A DNA stretch of 64,000 nt from a bacterium. GTDB lineage: Bacteria; UBA8248. The DNA lies in NCBI GenBank assembly GCA_965219955.1, contig OZ244799.1, forward strand, positions 2,048,001 to 2,112,000, written 5' to 3'. Position 1 is the first letter of the stretch. Each line of letters begins with the position of its first letter. The position numbers were made by a program, and so were the translations under genes. The notes below the pieces were generated by a model that saw nothing but the letters and a program-made list of their open reading frames with translations, did not search any database and was not told the origin of the DNA. This document shows, piece after piece, positions 57,031 to 64,000 of the stretch.

Positions 57031-58725
57031 ATGCGGGGACACCTGAGAGGACTGACGAACTATGGCGATCCGGGCTTCAGCGTTTTCGCGAGAGGCGCTT
57101 ACGCGAGGGGGTTCGGCCTGACGAAAGAGGACCTGGAAAAACCCATCGTCGGCATCGCCCAGACCTGGAGCGAACTCAACCCCTGCCACCGTCACCTGCG
57201 CGAGATCGCCGAGGCCGTCAAGCGCGGCGTCTGGCAGACGGGCGGCCTGCCGCTGGAGTTTCCCACCATCTCACTGGGCGAGATGTACCTGAACCCCACG
57301 GCCATGTTCTTCAGAAACCTCCTCTCGATGGACACCGAGGAGATGATCAAGGGCCAGCCCATGGACGGCGTGGTGCTGCTCGGCGGCTGCGACAAGACGC
57401 TCCCCGCGCAGCTCATGGGCGCGGCCAGCGCGGGCATTCCCGCCATCTGCGTGACGGCGGGGCCGATGATCGGCGGTCGCTTCGAGGACAAGGTGCTGGG
57501 CGCGTGTTCGGACTGCCGCGGCACGTGGGCGGAATACCGGGCGGGCAACTACGACGATGAGCGGCTGGAGGAAGTCCAGGGGTCGCTCTTCCCTTCGACG
57601 GGAACCTGCATGGTGATGGGAACGGCCAGCACGATGGCGTCCCTCACCGAGGCGATGGGCATGATGCTCCCCGGTCTCGCGGCGGTTCCGGCGGTGAACT
57701 CGAACCGCATGCGCCTGGCGGAGCAAAGCGGTCGGCGCATCACCGGGTTGATCGAAAAAGACATCACGCCCGAGAAAATCATGACGCGCGAGGCGTTCGA
57801 GAACGCCATCCGCGTGCTGATGGCCGTGGGCGGCTCGACGAACGCCGTCGTCCACCTGCCGGCCATCGCCGGACGCCTGGGGGTCGACCTCCCGCTATCG
57901 CTTTTCGATGACATCTCGCGCACCACGCCCATGATCGGCAACATCCGCCCATCGGGGAAGAAATACCTGATGGAGGACCTGGCGGCGGCGGGCGGCATCC
58001 CCGTGGTGATGAAGGAACTCGAACCCCTCCTCCACGGGGAGTGCCTGACGGTGACGGGAAAGACCGTGACGGAAAACCTCGCAACAGTCCAAGGGGCGCA
58101 GCCGTGGCAGGACGTCATCTACACGCGCGAGGAGCCCATATCCGAAGAAGGCGGCCTCGTGATCGTCAAAGGCTCGCTCGCGCCGGACGGAGCGGTCATC
58201 AAGATATCGGCGGCCGACTCCGATCTGCTGACGCATACGGGGCCTGCGGTCGTATTCTCATCCCAGCAGGATTTGATCGAGCGGATCGACGACCCCGACC
58301 TCCCCGCCACGGCGGAAAGCGTCTTCGTGCTCCAGAACACGGGCCCCATCGGCGCGCCCGGCTTCCCGGAGGCGGGCTCCCTGCCGCTTCCCAGGAAGCT
58401 GCTCGAGGCGGGCGTGCGCGACGTTGTGCGCGTATCGGACGCGCGCATGAGCGGGACGGCGTCGGGGACCATCGTGCTCCACGTAGCGCCCGAAGCGGCT
58501 GCGGGCGGCCCCCTCGCCCTGGTCCGGGAGGGGGACATGATCACCCTGGACGTCCCGAACCGGAGGCTGGATCTCAACGTCTCCGAAGAAGAACTCGCGC
58601 GCCGACGCGAAACCCTGGAGTCGAGACCGCCTCACTACGACAGGGGCTACGGCAGGCTGTTCATCGAAAACGTGCTCCAGGCGCCCGATGGCTGTGATTT
58701 CGGCTTCCTGAGAAAGGCGGAATAA
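57031..58725 (+). CDS. IlvD/Edd-family dehydratase (sugar-acid type)
   Basis: NPCH, GCDKT.PA, GTCMVMGTASTM, GGSTN, SDARMSGT. Confidence 0.9.
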   Translation: MRGHLRGLTNYGDPGFSVFARGAYARGFGLTKEDLEKPIVGIAQTWSELNPCHRHLREIAEAVKRGVWQTGGLPLEFPTISLGEMYLNPTAMFFRNLLSMDTEEMIKGQPMDGVVLLGGCDKTLPAQLMGAASAGIPAICVTAGPMIGGRFEDKVLGACSDCRGTWAEYRAGNYDDERLEEVQGSLFPSTGTCMVMGTASTMASLTEAMGMMLPGLAAVPAVNSNRMRLAEQSGRRITGLIEKDITPEKIMTREAFENAIRVLMAVGGSTNAVVHLPAIAGRLGVDLPLSLFDDISRTTPMIGNIRPSGKKYLMEDLAAAGGIPVVMKELEPLLHGECLTVTGKTVTENLATVQGAQPWQDVIYTREEPISEEGGLVIVKGSLAPDGAVIKISAADSDLLTHTGPAVVFSSQQDLIERIDDPDLPATAESVFVLQNTGPIGAPGFPEAGSLPLPRKLLEAGVRDVVRVSDARMSGTASGTIVLHVAPEAAAGGPLALVREGDMITLDVPNRRLDLNVSEEELARRRETLESRPPHYDRGYGRLFIENVLQAPDGCDFGFLRKAE

Positions 58726-58729
58726 GCGA

Positions 58730-59776
58730 ATGCGCCGGGTCCGCGTCGTCGCACGCATGCTGCCCTGCATCCGCGCCCTGCGCGGCAGGCCTTACTCGCG
58801 CGAGATCGAAGAGCGCCTCGCCCGCGCGCTGGATGAAGAGAAGATAGAACTCATCATCGAGCCTGATGCCGGGAAGCGGATGGAGGCGCTCGAGGAGGCG
58901 GATTTCTATCTGTGCGAGAACGACCCGCTGCCCGATGATTTTTATGCGCGCGCGAAAAAGCTGAAGCTCATCCAGGCGGGCGGGTATTTCTTCGAAAAAC
59001 TGCAAATCGAGCGCGCCACGAAGGCGGGCGTGCCCGTGATGACCTTCCCGATGCCGATCACCGATTCGGTGGCGGACCACACCATGATGATGCTGCTGGC
59101 GCTCGCGAGAAACTTTGAAGTCACCATGCGCGCCTCCCGCGAGGGTTCGGACAATCCCTTATCCCCCCAAAGGCCGGACGGCAGCGCGTTCAACTGGACG
59201 CAGACGCAGGGCATCGCCCCGCTGCGCGGCGCGCGCCTGGGCGTTCTGGGGATGGGCGACATCGGACGCGGCGTGGCCCTGCGCGCCCGCGCGTTCGGCA
59301 TGGAGACTCTCTATTGGAACCGAACGCCGCTGCCCGAATCCGTGGACGATGCGCTGGGCGCGCGGCCCGTTGCGCGGGAGGAGCTGTTCCAAAACGCGGA
59401 CGCGCTCCTGGTCGGCGTCGCCTTGAACGAGGAGACGCGGGGCATCATCAGCGAAAGAGTGATTCGAACGCTCCCCAAAGGAGCCTATCTGCTGAACATC
59501 GGGCGCGGGCCATTGATCGATCAGGAAGCCATGTATCGCGCGCTCGCAGACGGCCACCTGGGCGGCGCCGGGCTGGACGTTTTCGACCCCGAGCCGTTTC
59601 CGCCCGAACACCCGCTGCTTCGCCTGCCGAACGTCATCCCCTCCCCGCACTGCGCGGGCGGGGACGATGAGAACATTATCCGGGAAATCGAGATTTACTT
59701 CGAGAACATCCACCGCGCCCTGGCTGGCGAAGCGCCCTTAGGGGTAGTGAACGACGCCCCCTGGCGGGGGTTGTAA
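58730..59776 (+). CDS. D-2-hydroxyacid dehydrogenase
   Basis: GMGDIG, NIGRG, LDVF.PEP, SPH. Confidence 0.9.
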   Translation: MRRVRVVARMLPCIRALRGRPYSREIEERLARALDEEKIELIIEPDAGKRMEALEEADFYLCENDPLPDDFYARAKKLKLIQAGGYFFEKLQIERATKAGVPVMTFPMPITDSVADHTMMMLLALARNFEVTMRASREGSDNPLSPQRPDGSAFNWTQTQGIAPLRGARLGVLGMGDIGRGVALRARAFGMETLYWNRTPLPESVDDALGARPVAREELFQNADALLVGVALNEETRGIISERVIRTLPKGAYLLNIGRGPLIDQEAMYRALADGHLGGAGLDVFDPEPFPPEHPLLRLPNVIPSPHCAGGDDENIIREIEIYFENIHRALAGEAPLGVVNDAPWRGL

Positions 59777-59779
59777 CCC

Positions 59780-60511
59780 ATGTGCGGACGCTTCACGCTC
59801 ATCGAACCCATCCCCTGGCTCGCGGAAATCCTGGGGCTGGAAAACCCGGAAAGCGTGGGCAAGGTTCCGCCCCGCTACAACGTCTCGCCGGGGACGGATG
59901 TCGTAATCGTCCGCGCGAAAGAATCGAAAGAAAAGAACGAGAGAGAACTCGCCCTCGCCCGCTGGGGCCTGGTGCCCTTCTGGGCGAAAGACCCTGATTT
60001 CGGGGCCAGAACGATCAACGCGCGCTCGGAGACCGCCGCAGAGAAACCCGCCTTCCGCGCCGCATTCCGCTACAAGCGATGCCTCATCCCCGCGGACGGT
60101 TTCTACGAGTGGGCCGGGAGCGGGCGAAAAAAACAGCCCTGGTTCATTCATCTGGAGAACGGAAAACCCTTCGCCTTCGCGGGCCTTTGGGAGAGCTGGA
60201 CGGGTGCAGACGGGAGCGTTCTCGAAACCTGCACGATCCTCACGACGGAGGCGAACGAGAAGCTCGCCGAACTGCACCACCGGATGCCCGTCATCCTGCC
60301 CGAGGCGTCCTACCCGGACTGGCTGAACCCGCGCGAGAACCGCGCGAAGGTTCTGAAGCCGTTTCTCAAGCCATATCCATCCGAGGCCTTTTCGTATTAT
60401 CCGGTAACCGAGCGGGTCAACAGCCCCAGAAACGACGACGCGGCCTGCCTCGAAAGACGCGAGGAAGAGAAGGAACCGCCACAGCTTCAGGGATCGCTAT
60501 TTGGGGATTGA
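59780..60511 (+). CDS. SOS response-associated peptidase (SRAP/YedK family)
   Basis: MCGRF, RYNVSP, INARSET, GFYEW, HHRMP. Confidence 0.93.
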   Translation: MCGRFTLIEPIPWLAEILGLENPESVGKVPPRYNVSPGTDVVIVRAKESKEKNERELALARWGLVPFWAKDPDFGARTINARSETAAEKPAFRAAFRYKRCLIPADGFYEWAGSGRKKQPWFIHLENGKPFAFAGLWESWTGADGSVLETCTILTTEANEKLAELHHRMPVILPEASYPDWLNPRENRAKVLKPFLKPYPSEAFSYYPVTERVNSPRNDDAACLERREEEKEPPQLQGSLFGD

Positions 60512-60632
60512 GGCTTCAGGAACCCGTAAGGGTGGACCTGCTGCAAGGAGCTGTTGCCCCCCTTGCCAGGGGATAAAGGCAACCCCCCTACCCCCCTTGT
60601 CAGGGGGTCTTTTTGTTGTTCCCCCCTGTCGG

Positions 60633-61010
60633 GGGGTTGTTGAAAAACCCTGTTTCGGGGTCGGCGGCATGGAGGTTCACGCGGCGCAGGCGCGATGGTT
60701 TTGTAGGGACAGGCCTCCGTGCCTGTCCTCACGAAGGACAACCACGAAAGGCAGGACAGGCACGGAGGCCTGTCCCTACGAGCGAATGTGGTTTTGATCG
60801 TCATTCCGGCGAAAGCCGGAATCCATTTGCTTTACCTTTGTTTTTCTTTTTTGATTGATTCGCGCTAACGACGGGGAGATGAAAAACCGGTGTATCGTCA
60901 TTCTGCTTGAAAATGGATTCCGGCTTTCGCCGGAATGACGGCTGTGGTCAATTCCGACCGAGGATGACTTTTCAACAAGCCTTTGTCAGGCGGGGTTTTT
61001 CAACAAGCCC
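60633..61010. mobile_element. MITE (TSD GTCGG) carrying GTAG and CGTC REP pairs
   Basis: GGGGTTGTTGAAAAA ... TTTTTCAACAAGCCC; GTCGG at 60628-60632 and 61011-61015. Confidence 0.8.
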
Positions 61011-61415
61011 GTCGGGGGGAGGCCTTCTTTTTTATATTACCCCACCTCGCTGGGGTATTGCCTTTTTTTACCCCCCTGACAAGGGGGGGTAGGGGGGTTC
61101 CGCAGGGGCGGATCTATGTGTTCACCCGCTTGTGCTTTTTCGGAACCTTCCTCTTACCCGTAGGGGCGGTTCGCGAATCGCGGGACGATCTCGAGAAGGG
61201 CTTTGCCCTACCCGCTCAAAAAACCATTCATTTCCTCACCAGGTGGAATTGAGTGTAGGGGCCGCATATATGCGGCCCGTCGTTGGAAGGCGAAAAGGCA
61301 GGGTCGCATATATGCGACCCCTACATTGCCGTTACAAGAGAACACCCGCATGGGCGGACACACAGGTCCGCCCCTACAGAAAACATCACATTATCAATTA
61401 CTTACAAGACAATAC

Positions 61416-62609
61416 TCACGAAATAGACGAACCCTCGGGCTGTTCTTCTATCGGCGCGTCCGTGGTGAGGCGCTTTTTCGCCGTGGGCGCGTAGCCGCCG
61501 CCCGCCATGGTGGCGGCGATCTGAATCACCTCGCTCATGGATTCGGGGATGCCCGAGGGATACGCCTCGTCGGGGCACTTGCTGTTCGCCATGAAGGCGC
61601 ACGGCTTGCACTCGATGCAGCGGATGACCTCCCCGTCGCGCCCGTCGAGCGCCTTGTTCGCATAGTCCGGGTCGGTGAGCAGGGCGCGCCCCACGCCCAC
61701 GAAATCCGCACCCCCGTCGAGATACGCCTGTATCCGCGCGGGCTCGAAGGCGGCCCCGTTCGCTACGAGGGGGACCTCCACCGCCTTGCGCAGCCTGTCG
61801 AAGGCGGGGTCGTACAAATCGGGCATGACGGGCAGGCCGACGCGCGCGTTTCGCGAGCAATGGAGGATGTCCACCCCCGCCTCCACGAGCGCGGGCGCGA
61901 GCGCCAGCGTGTCCTCCACCGTGAAGCCGTTCTCGAAGGGTTCCAGAAGCCCCAGGCGGTAGCTCACCACCATCTCGTCTCCCCCGCCCTCGCGCACGGC
62001 CTGCGCCACCTCGAGCGGAAAGCGCATGCGGTTCCCGAGCGCGCCGCCGTAGCCGTCCGTCCGCTGGTTCGAGGCCGGGGAGAAGAACTGCTGGCACAGG
62101 TACCAGGTGGCCCCGTGAATCTCGAGTATCTTTCCGCCCGCCTCGCGCACCCGCCGCGCGGCGTCGCCGTAAGCCTGGACGGCGGTCTTGATGTCCGCCC
62201 CGCTCATCTCGCGCGGCACCTCGTCCTCGGTGGGATGCGGGATGGGAGATGGCCCCACGGGCTCCATGCCCGTGATGGCGCTGAGCGCCGTCCTGCCCGC
62301 GTGATAAATCTGCACCGCGAGCGGCGCGCCGGCGTCTTCCACCGCCTGAATCAACTCGCGAAGCGCGGGGACGTGCGCGTCATCGTGCGTGCTCAACTGG
62401 TTGGGGAAACCCTTCCCCTCCTGGTTGACGTAGGTCGCCTCGGTGAAGCAAATCGCGGCGCCGCCTCTGGCGCGGGCCTTGTAGTGCGCGTGCGACCAGG
62501 CGGATGGCGCGCCGTCTTCTTCTGCGCGCGAGGTCGTCATCGCGGACATGAGGATGCGGTGTTTTATGCGCTGCCCGCGCACTTCGATGGGATCCGTGAA
62601 TTTAGCCAT
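61416..62609 (-). CDS. NADH:flavin oxidoreductase (Old Yellow Enzyme family) with a C-terminal Cys cluster
   Basis: ARARGGA, Q.YHAGR, N.RTDGYGG...NR.RF, GRALL.DP, CIECKPC-x7-C. Confidence 0.88.
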   Translation of the reverse strand: MAKFTDPIEVRGQRIKHRILMSAMTTSRAEEDGAPSAWSHAHYKARARGGAAICFTEATYVNQEGKGFPNQLSTHDDAHVPALRELIQAVEDAGAPLAVQIYHAGRTALSAITGMEPVGPSPIPHPTEDEVPREMSGADIKTAVQAYGDAARRVREAGGKILEIHGATWYLCQQFFSPASNQRTDGYGGALGNRMRFPLEVAQAVREGGGDEMVVSYRLGLLEPFENGFTVEDTLALAPALVEAGVDILHCSRNARVGLPVMPDLYDPAFDRLRKAVEVPLVANGAAFEPARIQAYLDGGADFVGVGRALLTDPDYANKALDGRDGEVIRCIECKPCAFMANSKCPDEAYPSGIPESMSEVIQIAATMAGGGYAPTAKKRLTTDAPIEEQPEGSSIS

Positions 62610-62726
62610 GTAGAGAAATCTCCCGAAAATCACCCCAACGATCACCATCGCGGCGAGCCCGCCGGACCCGCCGCGATGCGATCTGAAAATCAGGAGGGCG
62701 GAAACTGCGCCCGCTCCCCGCTCGTC

Positions 62727-63521
62727 TTAGTTTTTCGCCAGGAAATCCTCGATGTCCTTCAAGGATTCCTCAAAGCACTGGATGAGGAAGAAGTGGCTCG
62801 CCTCCTCGTAAATCTTGATCTCACAACCCGGCACGCGGTCGGCTATCTCCTGGGAAGCGCTCGCCGCGCACAGCACGTCCTGCCCGCCCGCGAGGACGAG
62901 CGTCGGGCACTTCACCTCGTGGAGCCTGTCGAGCGCGTCGTGCGTGAGGCAGGCGTGGGTGGAATTCACATAGCCGGGAATGGGGCGGTCCGTATTGCCG
63001 AGCCCCGCCTCGAACGCGTCGAGCTGTTCCTGGTTCTCGTTGAAATACTTGGGCGGGAAGAAGAAGAGCGACTGGTGCATCGCGGCCGGGGCGTAGCCCT
63101 GGGCCTTGACCACCTCGTTGATGTTGTAGAGGATTTGATAGCCGTATCTGTCCAGCTTGCCGAAAGAGGCGGTGATGAGGAGGCTGCGCACGCGGTCGGG
63201 GTAGTCGAGCGCCATCATCTGGGCGATGGCTCCCCCCATCGAGCGGCCGATGACGTGCGCGGGCTCGGTGATGCCCACCGCGTCCATCAGGCCGATGGTG
63301 TCGGCCGCGAAATGGCTCGACGTGTAGGGATAATCGGGCGCGGAACTCCTGCCCGCTCCCCGGTTGTCGAAGGCCAGCACGCGGTAGTTCTTCTCCAGGC
63401 TATCGATCTGCGCCTTCCACGCGCTGCAATCGCCGGCGAGACCGTGGATGAGGACGACGGGAACGCCTTCCCCGTAATCCTCATAGTAAAGCTCTACGTC
63501 ACCCACCTGAACTTTCGGCAT
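62727..63521 (-). CDS. Alpha/beta hydrolase (PcaD/RutD-like)
   Basis: HGL, DNRGAGRS, GRSMGG, SH. Confidence 0.9.
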   Translation of the reverse strand: MPKVQVGDVELYYEDYGEGVPVVLIHGLAGDCSAWKAQIDSLEKNYRVLAFDNRGAGRSSAPDYPYTSSHFAADTIGLMDAVGITEPAHVIGRSMGGAIAQMMALDYPDRVRSLLITASFGKLDRYGYQILYNINEVVKAQGYAPAAMHQSLFFFPPKYFNENQEQLDAFEAGLGNTDRPIPGYVNSTHACLTHDALDRLHEVKCPTLVLAGGQDVLCAASASQEIADRVPGCEIKIYEEASHFFLIQCFEESLKDIEDFLAKN

Positions 63522-63629
63522 CTTGGTAATCCTCTTCTGTTAGTAAGTCAAAAAGCCGCTCTTCGGCCGCTTGCGGCCGCTACAGCCTGCTTGTGAGACA
63601 TTGGAGACGCTCTTATCGAGCGCGGGGAA

Positions 63630-64000
63630 TCAGCTCTTCTTGCCTTCGGCGCCCTCGGCGACTTTATCCATGAACTCCTCGTTGTCGAACACCCAGCCGA
63701 GGCAGCGCATGACGTTCTGCATCCCGAAGACGTGGAGGTCCGGCCCGTACATGCTCTTCACGCAGTCGGAGAGCATCACCACCCGGTAGTCGTAGTTGAA
63801 GGCGGTGAAGGCCGTGTTCAGAACGCAGGTGTTCGTGTTGATGCCCATGAGGCAGACGTTCTTCGTGCCCAGCGAGTCCAGGAGCATCTGGAGGTCCGTT
63901 CCCATGAAGCAGTCGAGGCGCTTCTTGTTGTCGATGACGTAGTCGCCCTCTTCCACCAGGGAGGGGATCATCTCGGTCGTCACCTCGCCCATGATGTTGT
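63630..64000 (-). CDS. Isochorismatase-family cysteine hydrolase (5' part outside window)
   Basis: KKRLDCF.GTDL, GINTNTCV..T, DY.V..LSDC. Confidence 0.88.
   Translation of the reverse strand, partial: NIMGEVTTEMIPSLVEEGDYVIDNKKRLDCFMGTDLQMLLDSLGTKNVCLMGINTNTCVLNTAFTAFNYDYRVVMLSDCVKSMYGPDLHVFGMQNVMRCLGWVFDNEEFMDKVAEGAEGKKS

Noticed and set aside
57031-58725. Second true ilvD
   Set aside because: Its motifs (GTCMVMGTASTM, SDARMSGT) fit the sugar-acid dehydratase branch rather than IlvD proper.

Overview
Bacterial chromosomal window, mostly GC-rich, with a visibly lower-GC left arm of about 12 kb. It holds about 55 housekeeping and catabolic genes, two tRNAs (Val-CAC, Asn-GTT) and dense intergenic REP/MITE mosaics. 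The main signal hidden by the ORF track is four genes broken by one in-frame UGA. Each UGA sits where the family's catalytic Cys belongs and is followed by a short hairpin with a G-containing loop about 18-22 nt downstream, as in a bacterial SECIS. These are probable selenoproteins: a DUF442/PTP-fold protein (H-U-x4-R), two DsbA/FrnE-like proteins (UPFC, UPWA), and a TlpA/DipZ-like thioredoxin (UINC) heading a cytochrome b + Tat molybdoenzyme (MsrP-like) operon. Other oddities: an archaeal/eukaryotic-type eL13 (L13e) domain on a long acidic repeat protein in a TA-rich patch after tRNA-Asn; a Nudix-HpnC-HpnD triple fusion; a MetX-NIL fusion; a MITE family with 15-bp TIRs, 5-bp TSDs and variable REP cargo, including a probable composite element carrying a gene; and an AT-rich insert between ~118-bp direct repeats. 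All family assignments come from motif recognition by eye; no searches were run.
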